DNA of 63,433 nucleotides, the filler included, from Collodictyon triciliatum (Eukaryota): the NCBI GenBank assembly GCA_043381765.1. It is 52 parts of 52 records of this genome, joined end to end, with 100 filler letters (N's around TTAATTAATTAA, not from the genome) between each part and the next. Parts side by side here need not be neighbours in the genome. Positions count along the whole stretch, not along the records: positions 36,724 to 37,844 come from JBHJMP010012221.1; positions 37,945 to 39,065 come from JBHJMP010012222.1; positions 39,166 to 40,285 come from JBHJMP010012223.1; positions 40,386 to 41,505 come from JBHJMP010012224.1; positions 41,606 to 42,725 come from JBHJMP010012225.1; positions 42,826 to 43,945 come from JBHJMP010012226.1; positions 44,046 to 45,164 come from JBHJMP010012227.1; positions 45,265 to 46,383 come from JBHJMP010012228.1; 44 more parts are not named here. One strand, written 5' to 3'. The stretch's first letter is position 1; each line of letters opens with the position of its first letter. The translations under genes and the position numbers were made by a program. A model generated the notes under the pieces. The model had not been told where the DNA came from. It did not search any database and was given only the letters and a program-made list of their open reading frames with translations. Positions 36,772 to 50,140 of this stretch are shown here, one piece after another.

Positions 36772-39700
36772 AATTATTATTACAATTATTATTACAATTA
36801 TTACAATTATTATTACAATTATTTTTCGTCAGCTCCGCGGGTGACCCTATTTCACTGGGTAAATTAAATGTGTGATGAATACTTTCCGTTTCGTCCAAGC
36901 ACTGGCTCGCCAAGGGCGACATTCTTGCCATTGCGAACGGACTAATGGGAATGCCAACCGCATCTGCACCTTTATCGTAGGTCAAGATGCAAACTCATGC
37001 AGGAATCCCTGCACGCACCTGCCATTCCCACCTCTTCTATGCTTTCTGATTCGCCCTGCTCTATCTGTGAAGGTGGCATGGGATCATTTTCGTGGATCAG
37101 AAAACAAGAGAGAAGAAAATTAATCAATTCCACATCTAGAGTAGCAGCCCATTAAACTACAAACCCCATTTGTGGAAAATAATCTTCCAGAGTTAAGTCA
37201 TATTTGAAATCCCAAAATATGATGAATCTGGGAACTCAGCAAAAACCAAGCTAGTCTTCTTCTATGTCTATTCTACGAATGAATATTCAAAATGTCTGTG
37301 GATTCTTGTGAGGTGCAGAAGCTTAGCACCGGCCACCACCAGATGTCACTGGGGTGTGAAATGGTTTGATTGTGTAGCAACGTAAAGTATTTTGAAAGGA
37401 ACGTGACATTCATGGCGAACTAGGGTTTGTGTAAGTGGCGCACTGAAAGAGGGAAGAGCCTCGCCCTTGGGTCTGCCCCAACGAGAAAATGGAACTCTTT
37501 CTTGAACTAGAGAAGAACACACGAAGAAGGAAACAGAAACTAATCAGCAGTCGTTCCTTTAGCTGTAAGAGTGAAGGAGAAGGTAGAACCTAGACCAGCA
37601 AGCTTTTGTGCTCTACGCTTGTAACAATCTCCGAAGGAAAGATATATTGAGGAGGTGTGTCCATTCGCTTGCTTCAGAAAGAAAGAAAAACGGTAACATC
37701 CACTTTTCATTTTTGAATATTCCCACTTAAAATTGCACCAGAGATAGACAAAACAAAACAAAACAAAACAAAACAAAACAAAACAAAACAAAACAAAACA
37801 AAACAAAACAAAACAAAACAAAACAAAACAAAACAAAACAAAACNNNNNNNNNNNNNNNNNNNNNNNNNNNNNNNNNNNNNNNNNNNNTTAATTAATTAA
37901 NNNNNNNNNNNNNNNNNNNNNNNNNNNNNNNNNNNNNNNNNNNNTTATGTTTTTATCTTTTTATGTTTTTATGTTTTTATGTTTTTATGTTTTTATGTTT
38001 TTATGTTTTTATGTTTTTATGTTTTTATGTTTTTATGTTTTTTTGTTTTTTGTTTCTTATTTCCAAACCATTTGTATCGGTTCGCTTGGTTTTCCTTGCA
38101 ATTGCGTCTATTTCTCCGCGCACTTTTTTTATATCTTAAATAAGACTTCGTTTATGTGAATGGTTTTGCCTCTCTCTCTCTCTTCTCCGGTTAGATAAAT
38201 GCCGTCCGCTTGAAAAAAGGTCTTCCTCTTCTTGTCATACACGAGCTCGACTTTCCAGAACCCTCGTGATGACTCATTTACATGAGTCTGAGTCAGAGGA
38301 GGCTTTAGATTTATAAGTTTATGGGATTCAGAAAGACCATGGACAAGAAAAAAATCGTGCGTGTACACTATTTTCCTTTCATTTGAGAAAGGTGTGGAGG
38401 AGATGCAAACAGATGAACTTATCAGACCATCTATGAAAAGCATAATTTATTTATTTATAAAATCACACACACAAAGATCGTTATTTCGCTCTTACATTAA
38501 GTAGAAAAGTTGGTGGTGTCTTGCGAGTATGAAATTGAGTATTGAACGATGCGAGAAAAAAACCAACTTTTTTAACTCGGCTTCGATGCAATTCGTCTGT
38601 TTATTTGTTTATTTCCTTGTCCATATAATCAGTTTTGTTTCTTAGTTTAAGGCCTACTTCTTTGTGCAGACACAATATGCAAGCCTCCTTGTTACCGAAT
38701 CTGCTTCTCACCCGAACACCACCTGTTCTAGCCATCGCTTGCTAGCAGGATGAGGCGGGAACACTACTTCCTATGCCGAAATATGCTTCTGCTTCTGCTG
38801 ATCTCACACCACCCGGAGCCGGTAGAGCCGACGCAAGGCTTGGACAAGGCAGAGGGATTAGTAATTGAGCATGCGTTTCACTTTTCCCCACACAAAGTTC
38901 TGGAGTCAGGATGGACTCTGGATATTCTTTCAGTGAGTTTTTTTCTCTCTCTTTTTTCTCTCTCTTTTATCTCTCTCTTTTATCTCTCTCTTTTATCTCT
39001 CTCTTTTATCTCTCTCTTTTATCTCTCTCTTTTATCTCTCTCTTTTATCTCTCTCTTTTATCTCTNNNNNNNNNNNNNNNNNNNNNNNNNNNNNNNNNNN
39101 NNNNNNNNNTTAATTAATTAANNNNNNNNNNNNNNNNNNNNNNNNNNNNNNNNNNNNNNNNNNNNAGCCGGTGTGATGTTATTTTCTCATAAAGCTGCCA
39201 ATTGGCAAGAATTGTATGTATGTATGTATGTATGTATGTATGTATGTATGTATGTATGTATGTATGTATGTATGTATGTATGTATGTATGTATGTATGTA
39301 TGTATGTATGTATGTATTGTTGCTTACGTTTATTTCGGACTGGTTGGCTGTTTGGATTTGGAGGATAGGGAGGATACCTCGAGTGAATTATATTTGAACG
39401 AGGTTGATTATGTTGTGGAACTTTGGGAGAGCTGCGGGAAGGTGTCTGCATCGCAGTTATGTTTTGGGCTTGTGTAAAAGGGTTGCGTGGAACGTTCGAC
39501 TGAATGTTGAGCATAAAATTATTTTCTTTCGATTTATTTATTTATTTTTTTGCCGCCCTTCTTTATCAACATACAATAATGCCCCACAGAAGAAAAATCT
39601 ATGTATTTTTATTTCCTTGTATAGGTATGCATTACTTTCGGGGGCTCATTTTGTTTCACTTGGTTTAGTGCTTGCTCAATCTAAAAAGTAAAATAAAATG

Positions 39701-40385
39701 TAGTAGCGAAAAAATAATAAAGATTGCATAGTTACCAAATGAACGAGCGAGTGAGTTGTGATAAGGCCACTCTGTGTATACCAATACCTAATGTCAATCC
39801 CTTTTTACCTTATTCTTTATATTCATAGCCTTCTCTAACTCTGAGGCTTTCTTCAGTTGCTCCTGCCTTATCCTTTCCTTTTCCTCCCTCATTTTCTGAT
39901 CAACTTTGATGGGTGTCCTGGAGACTGGGCCCTTGGATACAGGAGGCTATGATTTATCAATCCAATTCCATTTAGGTCTAACTAGAGCCAATTATTTTAT
40001 AGCTTTGTATACAACACCATGAGTGAAAGAGAACGCAGATGTCTTACTTTCCCTTTTTGAAGCGCACTTGGATGGGTTGGGGAAGCGCTTGACGCAGTAG
40101 CTGATATAATCTGGCGTGGAGTGACTGAAATGCTTGGTTTTGATGGTGTTTCGGGTGGTTGCTCAGCTTCTGGTGTCGGAACTCTTTTTGCCCTACAAGA
40201 TGAAAGCTCACTTCTTTTTTTTCTTCTTCTTCTTTTTTTTTTTTTGAGATTATGGGCATATCTGCAGTCGGAATTACCGCTGCCANNNNNNNNNNNNNNN
40301 NNNNNNNNNNNNNNNNNNNNNNNNNNNNNTTAATTAATTAANNNNNNNNNNNNNNNNNNNNNNNNNNNNNNNNNNNNNNNNNNNN

Positions 40386-41230
40386 GCTTGCGCAAGCCCT
40401 TTTCTTTGCATCGACAGCATTGGATGCAGAGAATATGCGTATGCTTGGCAAAGTCTTTCGAACAGAATCTTTTAGGTCAGCATACTTTCATCTTACCGTT
40501 TTGTTGTCTGAATATCATTCTATTATTCTGCATAAACATCGGGTGGTCACCAGGGAGACAGCTGGCGAAGCATACAATATTAATGAATATGGTGTATTTT
40601 GCAATAGAGTGGTCAATCTTACTGGCGACTGGAAGTCAATAATGCAATTGAATCGTGTGTCTTTTCTCTCGTTCATCAACGTGGGCGATTTCGAAGGGGC
40701 ACTCGGGGTGTTAAATGTTGCAGAAGGGATTTGCAATCTTCACTCACACAGGTGGATTCAAATCCTCCATCTTATACAACTGCGCTTTGCTGGATAGAGG
40801 GACCATACTAATTTGTTTATGTACTATTGGCTAGAATTTAATAACAATAATAACAATGTCTCTTTCTTCGATTACAAGTCGCCATGCATTCTACACAGAG
40901 TACATTCTATCATCGCGTGCAGCATGCTATTTCTACTGGAGCAAATTTAACCAAGGGTTCGAAACCGCCAGGAAATGTGAAGGTGTCTATAGTATTTTCA
41001 AACTCTTTTCAATCGCATCAACAAAGAATCCAGCCGTTTCATCTATTCATTTATCCATGTCCACATTCCTTGTAATTATTCTCATCCATCATGTGATATC
41101 TTTTACATATAGAGCTTGCACGAAAAAGAGAGACATTCAACTTGGAAATAGCTGCTATTGGCATCGAAGTAATTTCGCTTCTGCGGCTCGGTCAAATTGA
41201 GACTGCTAAAAGAACTCTGGGGAAGCTAGG
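40386..41230 (+). CDS. Spliced helical (TPR-like) protein fragment, unassigned
   Basis: Long open exon LAQALFFASTALDAENMRMLGKVF...SFINVGDFEG plus later segments such as AACYFYWSKFNQGFETARKC. Confidence 0.35.
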
Positions 41231-41233
41231 TTA

Positions 41234-41321
<88 letters not shown>

Positions 41322-41711
41322 CGTTTTCCGAAGAAGAGTAGTATAGACAAGGACAGTTCCTTTTTATATGTGAATGTATTGTCTGAGTTTATCGAAAGCT
41401 TGCACGAATTACCGTTTCCCGAAACTCCAGATTACACAATTGAAAGGCCTGATGTCGCACTCACTACGTCGTATGTTTCCTGTGCTGCATTTATTTCGTT
41501 CAAAGNNNNNNNNNNNNNNNNNNNNNNNNNNNNNNNNNNNNNNNNNNNNTTAATTAATTAANNNNNNNNNNNNNNNNNNNNNNNNNNNNNNNNNNNNNNN
41601 NNNNNCGTAATGGACCGCCTTTGGTTCTTCAGGCGAAAGAAAAATGGCGACGGTGCTCCGTATGAGATGGGACGTCGTGAGCGCCATTCTCCTTTGTTGT
41701 TCAGGACGGCT

Positions 41712-42725
41712 GGACATTCTATACATGATGTATTTCCATATGAGCCAGAGTTTGAATTGAATGTGCCTTTTGGACAAGCATAGCATGATTGAATGTCTTT
41801 TGTGATTCCTTCCTTTTGATAGAATCCTGATAAACACAAGCTGCATGTCGCACCACCAACTGAGCTGTAGCTCCCATTCGGACATGAGATGCAAGATGAT
41901 TCAAATGAGCCAGGTTTATTGTTGAATGTACCCGCTGGACATGATGTGCATGATGCTTGACCATCTCTATCATTCCAAGTACCTTGTGGACATTCAATAC
42001 ATGATGAGTTCCCATATGAGCCGGAGTTTGAGTTGAATGTGCCTTTTGGACAAGCATAGCAGGATTGAATGTCTTTTGGGATTCCTTCTTTTTGATAGAA
42101 TCCTGATAAACATAAGCTGCATGATGCACTTCCACTTAAGCTGTAGCTCCCATTTGGACATGAAATGCATAGTAATTGATTCAATGAGCCAGTTTTATTG
42201 TTGAATGTACCAACTGGACATGATGTGCATGATGCTTGACCATCTCTATCATTCCAAGTACCTTTTGCGCATTCAATACATGATTTGTTTCCATATGAGC
42301 CGGAGTTTGAGTTGAATGTGCCTTTTGGACAAGCATAGCATGATTCGGAGTCTTTTGTGATTCCTTCCTTTTGATAGAATCCTGATAAGCATAAGCTGCA
42401 TGATGCGCTTCTCTCTGAGCTGTAGCTCCCATTTGGACATGAAATGCATAGTAATTGATTGAATGAAGCAGTTTTGTCGTTGAATGTACCAGCTGGACAT
42501 GATGTGCATGATGCTTGACCATCTCTATCATTCCAAGTACCTTGTGGACATTCATTACATGATGAGTTCCCATATGAGCCGGAGTTTGAGTTGAATGTAC
42601 CTTTTGGACAAGCATAGCATGATTTCGAGTCTTTTGTGATTCCTTCCTTTTGATAGAATCCTGATAAGCATAAGCTGCATGATGCGCTTCTCTCTGAGCT
42701 GTAGCTCCCATTTGGACATGAAATG
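41712..42725 (-). CDS. Cysteine-rich repeat surface protein (GCC2/GCC3, ephrin-receptor-like CPxG repeats), internal fragment
   Basis: Frame open across the contig; about 3.6 near-identical DNA super-repeats with periods 279, 279 and 276 bp, built of CxxCPxGT(F/W)N modules. Confidence 0.88.
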
Positions 42726-42825
42726 NNNNNNNNNNNNNNNNNNNNNNNNNNNNNNNNNNNNNNNNNNNNTTAATTAATTAANNNNNNNNNNNNNNNNNNN
42801 NNNNNNNNNNNNNNNNNNNNNNNNN

Positions 42826-43662
42826 CAGCTCTTTTAGCTTCTTCAGCTCTTTTAGCTTCTTCAGCTCTTCTAGCTTCTTCAGCTTTTCTAGCTTCTTCAG
42901 CTCTTTTAGCTTCTTCAGCTTTTCTAGCTTCAGCTGCGGTATCGACCTAGGGTTATGTTAGTTGTGTTCTGTATTGTGTATGTGGGGGTTGGGGGTGGAT
43001 GTGTGCTTACGGGGTCGTAGAGCTGCAGAGCGCGGATGTGTTTATAGTCTCTGTGTCCTGTGTTGTTCCAGCATGGGAGATTTGAGATGCCACGCGGGGC
43101 TCTCTTTATGGTGACTTTCTGTTCACCTCTAAGATCCAACCAGAGATCTTTCAGATTTGTGAGGGCTGTGATCTGTGGTGGAAGCTCCTCCATCTGTGTG
43201 TATCGTTGTCAGATATTTTCTTTTAAACATAAATAGTAATATAATATATGAATAAAATCATACCGGATTTCTGCATACATCTAGATATGTGAGACCAGTC
43301 AAACACGATATTTGTGCAGGTAGCCATGACAACTGATTTCCACTAACAGAAAGTATACTGAGACCAGTCAGACACGATATTTGTGCAGGTAGTGATGACA
43401 GCTTATTGTTATGAACATTAAGTACACTGAGACCAGTCAAACACGATATTTGTGCAGGTAGTGACGACAACTGATTGTCACGAAGAAACAATTCTTTCAG
43501 ACCAGTCAACAAAAAAACACCAGGGGGCACAGATGACAGATTCTTGCTCCAGAGATTCAGATTTGTGGATCGTTTCAGAGTGGCAATATCAGGATCACCA
43601 GAGAGTTTCCGGACTTCTTCCAAAAGCTCATCCACTTGGGCAGGTGTGAGACAGTCGGACAT
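42826..43662 (-). CDS. LRR protein followed by a charged (AEEA[K/R][K/R])n helix (exons 43662-43264, 43193-43011, 42946-42826; 3' partial)
   Basis: Near-identical 69-bp LRRs LSSLPAQISCLTGL; canonical splice sites; 18-bp tandem repeat in the last exon. Confidence 0.88.
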
Positions 43663-45089
43663 CTGGACAGATTCCGAGCTGTATATGAGTAGACTGCTGG
43701 GTGTCAATACAATACACATCATTTATTTGTTTTATGAGTGGACTTGACAATCACACAGGACAGAATAACTCGACTCAGACGGTGGGTTGTGCACACGGAG
43801 ATCAGAAAGTACTTTGTGAATAGAAAAAGAGACGAGAAGGATTTCCACAAGACGACATTAAATATCCCGCAAAGGCCGGCGGATTTTTCAGAGAAGACGA
43901 CTTGTGCAGAACTTGTGTGCTTGTGCTTCCTTGGAAATTCACCGGNNNNNNNNNNNNNNNNNNNNNNNNNNNNNNNNNNNNNNNNNNNNTTAATTAATTA
44001 ANNNNNNNNNNNNNNNNNNNNNNNNNNNNNNNNNNNNNNNNNNNNGTTTTTTTGGTTTTTTTGGTTTTTTTGGTTTTTTTGGTTTTTTTGGTTTTTTTGG
44101 TTTTTTTGGTTTTTTTGGTTTTTTGTGTTTGTGTTTGTGTTTGTGTTTCATTTCGTTTTCATGCAATGGGCTACATATCCCACAAAGAGCCTTCGGAACA
44201 AACGATACCCAAGGTGCTCATGCTCCTTGGTGTCAAGATGCGCGGCTCCTTATTACAGCCACAAAATAAACCAGTTAATGAACTGGGCAGTATCAGGAAC
44301 AGGATATCCAAAACAAGGCACTATGAGCTTTCAGTCGTTTGAACTCACGATATCCTCCATGGCACAAGACAAACACGATGCGTAGGTCTGATCGATCGGG
44401 TGCCGAGTTGATCGCCTTCGGCCAGAGCTACAGAATCCATCAGGGATCATTCAAAACAACCGCCTATCGTCGATCGAGAATAAGTCGGTCCACCGACGAA
44501 TGCAAAGTATTTGCTCTCTTCCAGCTTCATCGCAACGCGAATACGAGGCCAAGCAGATTAATCGGAAGGCGTGGGTGAAATTCCAAGGAACGAAGGTAGG
44601 CAGGCATCTGTAATTTTTTAGCCCGTACATCATGTTTCCGCTCAACACTAGGTCTGAACTGGAAAATGATTCCTAAAATAAGCAGAGAAATACAATAGTG
44701 CACACCTTGTGTGTTAAATAAGAGATTTACTAGGTATTTTCCAGTTGCAAGAGTGATATTATATAAATTCCAGAAATAAAAACATGACGCAATCATTAGT
44801 CATAGAAGACAAATCATTCTTCATTTTAAGACATTTTTAATGAAGACCACAGCGATTCAGGCTTTGTTGTTGCTCTTGCTTCGACTTTGATCGCAGCACA
44901 TTGAGCGTGCGAGGCGATCGCAACATCTCATCAGGCCATTAAGTTCCACAAGACGAACGAGTAGGACAGAAGAAAAGGGGTTTCGCTTCTGCAGTCTTGA
45001 ACGCTATATTGTAAATCATCATTTATTTCAGTAAAGCCAACATTTGCAGCGAGCAACATTAAATTATCCTCTGCCTTATTGTCTTTGTC

Positions 45090-45164
<75 letters not shown>

Positions 45165-46485
45165 NNNNNNNNNNNNNNNNNNNNNNNNNNNNNNNNNNNN
45201 NNNNNNNNTTAATTAATTAANNNNNNNNNNNNNNNNNNNNNNNNNNNNNNNNNNNNNNNNNNNNTACCTCCACCCAGCCCGCTGACCGTATTTAAGTTCT
45301 GTGAATCCTGTTTGTCACGAAGACAATAAAACTCGAATGCGAGAAATTGTGCCTGCCGTCCTATCCCTCGCACGCTAATATCATACTTTGCACGATTCTC
45401 CCACCTGGCGTGCTATCGCGTCCAAGAAAGAAGACTGTGTGGGTGATGCAGCTTTGAAACAACGAGAAGTAATGGCGATGAATGAGGAGTGAACTGTATC
45501 TCTCAGTCACCTTAGAACGGCGGCTGTTTCAATCAGTATCTCCACGCAAACGACATCTCAGACAAGCATATGGCATTCTTCATCCTCCCATCGGACCGAG
45601 GATGCCTGACAAACAAAAATCCAATCTTTGTGTGTAAAAAAAAGAATCCTTGCGAGAAACTGTGCCTCGATGCCAAGCCGCAGCGGTGTTGTTGGAGGGT
45701 GGAGGAACATACGAACAATGCAGACAAACCAAAATCAGAATGACTCATATTTAGCATTTATATTCGTTGAATATATTGTTATAATGTCTTCTTGTGGCCT
45801 GTCCAAAACAGGAGACCTGGCCTGTGTCTTACCCCGCTCCTTTTTCTTCTGACGCAACACAGCTCAACAAAGCCAAAAAGGATATGACGAGTGAGCTTGC
45901 TTTGAGCTCAAAAGAATAATGGCCACCCAAAGGCAACCAAGAAGACAGTGCTGCTCCTTGCCTTCTTGTAGGGAAGTCATAAGACGATGCTGGGGTTCTG
46001 CAGATACTTTACGCGCATGTTTTCTAGCTCCACCACCCTATTTGTTTTTATTTCCTACATTTTTTTTTTCCCTCTTCACCTTTTCGTCCTCTCTCCTTCA
46101 TTTTCTGGGGTTTAGGAAGGGGAGTCTGCCACAGAAAAAGAAGAAATATAAACCAGATGCGTGTCTTTGTTACTTTCCCCAATTCTACCTGGTTTTTTTT
46201 ATTTACATATATTTATCAGTCAACTTTCTCTGCTTAAATCACAGTTTTGAGACAAGGAAAAAAAAAAAACAAATGAAAGAGAATAAAAAACAAAAGAAAA
46301 AGAAAAAGAAAAAGAAAAAGAAAAAGAAAAAGAAAAAGAAAAAGAAAAAGAAAAAGAAAAAGAAAAAGAAAAAGAAAAAGAAANNNNNNNNNNNNNNNNN
46401 NNNNNNNNNNNNNNNNNNNNNNNNNNNTTAATTAATTAANNNNNNNNNNNNNNNNNNNNNNNNNNNNNNNNNNNNNNNNNNNNAA

Positions 46486-46586
<101 letters not shown>

Positions 46587-46620
46587 AAAGACTTCAAAAG
46601 AAGTAATAGAAAGTATGTAC

Positions 46621-46804
46621 CTCAAAACACTCCCGGGAGTTACAATGTTTTTTTCAAAGTTTTGAATGATGAGGTCACTTAATACGGGCATAAGAAAGCC
46701 ATGTCGTTCACAAAAATGTGATATAATCTGGGAGGCTCTTTCTAAATCACCTGGCTCCAAATACCCACAAATGTCACTAATAAAACTATGAATCAAGCCC
46801 AAGT
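46621..46804 (-). CDS. Probable RasGAP-domain exon
   Basis: DLERASQIISHFCERHGFLMPVLSDLIIQNFEKNIVTPGSVLR ends at a GT donor; resembles the helices preceding the RasGAP arginine-finger (L)FR motif. Confidence 0.5.
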
Positions 46805-49167
46805 CAGAAAAGGATTGCTATTATAATTGTATTGTTCACCCGTTAAGATATAAGGCTCAATCCCCATCGAGTATTAAATATATATATATATACTTATGAC
46901 AAAATATTTAATTGCTTAAAAGATAAATGATTATAAAAGCAAATCCTTTAATTTTACTTCTGTCCTTAACTTAGGTCACTATTTAAACCTTAAGAATCGT
47001 ATGGGGCAGCTCACAAACACAAATACGAACACAAAATGTGTAAATATATGTACCAAAACTGAATCGTGAGGAGGAAACAAAAAGCTCACTTTGGATCCGT
47101 TCCTAGATGCATGGCAAGAGGCAAGTAAGGGAACATCGACCCAGGAGTCTCTGCTTCGAGTGGCCTCGATCCTCTTCTGCTCATTGTTTACAATCGGGTC
47201 CAAGCGAAACTACCGGGCTGTCTGTGTTGGAATCAAAAAAGAACGCCGGGAATTAAGTGTGTTAAGTCAGTATCTGCAAGCTCCATATTATTTCGATTCA
47301 AATAGACAAAGCTCCGGTGATCAGAGATAATTAATCAATCATTCGGGGCAAATCAAACACGTCATAAAACAACAGAACATAAGCCCTCCGTGGGGCTGAC
47401 TCTCCACTTTCGGTCCTTCGTGGCAGCGATTTCTTTGTTTCTTTGTTTTTTTGTGTTTTTTTGTGTTTTTTGTGTTTTTTGTGTTTTTTGTGTTTTTTGT
47501 TTTTGTTTTTTGTTTTTTGTTTTTTGTTTTTTGTTTTTTGTGTTTTTTGTGTTTTTTGTGTTTTTTGTGTTTTTTGTGTTTTTTGTGTTTTTTGTGTTTT
47601 TTNNNNNNNNNNNNNNNNNNNNNNNNNNNNNNNNNNNNNNNNNNNNTTAATTAATTAANNNNNNNNNNNNNNNNNNNNNNNNNNNNNNNNNNNNNNNNNN
47701 NNAAAAAAAAAAAAAAAAAAAAAAAAAAGAAAAAAAAGAAAAAAAAGAAAAAAAAGAAAAAAAAAGAAAAAAAAGAAAGGCTCAAGACACACGACCAACA
47801 AAACCCACTCTGAAATTTATGACTTTCGAATTGCAGTGCACGACAAGGCTCTCAAGGTCGTAGCGCGGCAGGTGTTTATGGAGGACTTGTAGAAAAAGTT
47901 TATCAAGGATTACATCTTCCGGGTCATCCAGGTGGAATGCACATGTCAAGGCTGGTACTTGTTGGAGATTTCACTGGCGCGGCTGGTGATTGCGTGGCGG
48001 CTGGTACACTTCAGGCTCTCCATCTAGGTGCTGTACCCGATGCTGCGCATCATCGCTCCGTGGTGGCTGCCGGAGTTCTCAGCATCCTTCTAAAGCCGTC
48101 CTACTCCCATATAGAGCTTATCCATATTACTATTAATTAGGCGCGACAAGTTTATACCCTTCTTTGCCCCTAGGAATAATAGTCAATGCAAGTATATTCC
48201 CCTTAATGAAGTAGGTTAAAACAGCTACGTAAAAAACAGTGTAAGTTTTAATTCATTTGAAAAGACTGAGATATATAATTGACGGCTTTTCATGCTGATA
48301 TTGTGTTAAGAAATTTGACTATTGAATGGCACACATATAAAACCAATTAGTTCAATTTGACTGAGTAATAAGATAAGCAGAAAGGTCATTTCATCGCGTC
48401 CTATCTGCATGAGCGACGACCAAGTAAATTCCCATAATTTGAGAAGGAAATAAGAAAAAAATTGGCTGCAAAATGAGAAGCATAATGAGTCGCCTGAAAA
48501 AAGAGGGAAACCCAACCAGCAAATATGTAGGTTTACGACAGGCAAAGAAAGCAAAAGGAGACACTGGAGCAAATAGAATGAAGGCTTCATGACCAAGTAA
48601 TCCGCGCAATGAATCGAAGAGAACAAGAAAGGCCTGATGAAAGGGTTAGTAGGCTTCATGTTCTAGCCGTCAACTCATAAAGAGCAACATAATTATGAAT
48701 ATAGTGCTCAGTATTCATTGTTATGCTTCGTTCATCCGTTTCCATGTTTTCTTTTTTTTTCTTTTCACCCATTCCGAGGCGAAGCACAGGTACCAAGGCT
48801 AGTATTAAGTATCAATACCANNNNNNNNNNNNNNNNNNNNNNNNNNNNNNNNNNNNNNNNNNNNTTAATTAATTAANNNNNNNNNNNNNNNNNNNNNNNN
48901 NNNNNNNNNNNNNNNNNNNNTTTTTTTTTCTTTCTTTTTTTTCTTTCTTTTTTTTCTTTCTTTTTTTCTTTCTTTTTTTTTTTTTTTTTTTTTTCTTTCT
49001 TTTTTTTCTTTCTTTTTTTTCTTTCTTTTTTTTCTTTCTTTTTTCTTTCTTTTTTTTTCCTTCCTTTTTTTCCCTTCCTTTTTTTATCTTTCATCTCCAA
49101 AAAAAAATTGGTACAATTTTGTCACGTTATTGACGAAGCGTCAGTCATAATAATCTTGTTTTTCTAG

Positions 49168-49662
49168 GTATCTTCCTCCGGAATGTTTTGAGGTTGGGAC
49201 TGGTCCGCCTATGATATCCTCAAAGGTTTGGTCTCAATCACTCTACTGTGTCTGAATCTCTATGTATTGAGCATTTAAAATGAAAATCTAGGTTGATGTG
49301 TGGTCTGTCGGCGTCATACTGTATCAAATGCTCTTTGGAAAGAAGCCATTTGGGCATGAATTATCGTAATAGTTTGTATAATTCAATATGAAATGTGTTG
49401 ATCGATTTATCTCCGGATGCTACGAAACTTCAATGGCTATAAATAGATTCCTCGTTTTATGAAGGTGTATGATGCTTTTACGCTCAGTCCTCCTTTTAAA
49501 TAGATAGGAAATAAAACTGGGCAAACTTTGGTTAATAATCATTATGTTCATCAATTGCAATTCAAAACTTGTAGGCAACAAAAAATTCTTGCTGACCAGG
49601 TCATCGTAAAGGCATCAGGCGTAGAGTTTCCTCCTAAACCAGTGGTATCGTCTGAGTGCAAA
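49168..49662 (+). CDS. TLK: Tousled-like kinase, catalytic-domain exons (49168-49225, 49292-49365, 49575-49662)
   Basis: Spliced [73 protein letters not shown], characteristic of TLK; absent from the ORF track. Confidence 0.92.
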
Positions 49663-50140
49663 GTATGTTGTTGGATTTGAAACGAAAAGCTCTGCTGAAG
49701 AGCCTTGCTTGCCTTTTAGTGAGCAGTTCTATCCACCACTCTAGACTTTTCAGATTTCATTTTGAATTTTACTAGCTCATCGTCCCTTTATTTTTTCCTT
49801 TATCCCTTTCTTTATCCCTTTCTTTTTTTTTTCTTTTTTTTCTTTTTTTTCTTTTTTTTCTTTTTTTTCTTTTTTTTCTTTTTTCTTTTTCCTTTTTCTT
49901 TTTTCTTTTTTCTTTTTTCTTTTTCCTTTTTCCTTTTTCTTTTTCTTTTTCTTTTTTTTTTCTTTTTTCTTTTTCTTTTTCTTTTTCTTTTTTCTTTTTC
50001 TTTTTTCTATTTCTTTTTTTTCTATTTCTTTTTTTTCTATNNNNNNNNNNNNNNNNNNNNNNNNNNNNNNNNNNNNNNNNNNNNTTAATTAATTAANNNN
50101 NNNNNNNNNNNNNNNNNNNNNNNNNNNNNNNNNNNNNNNN

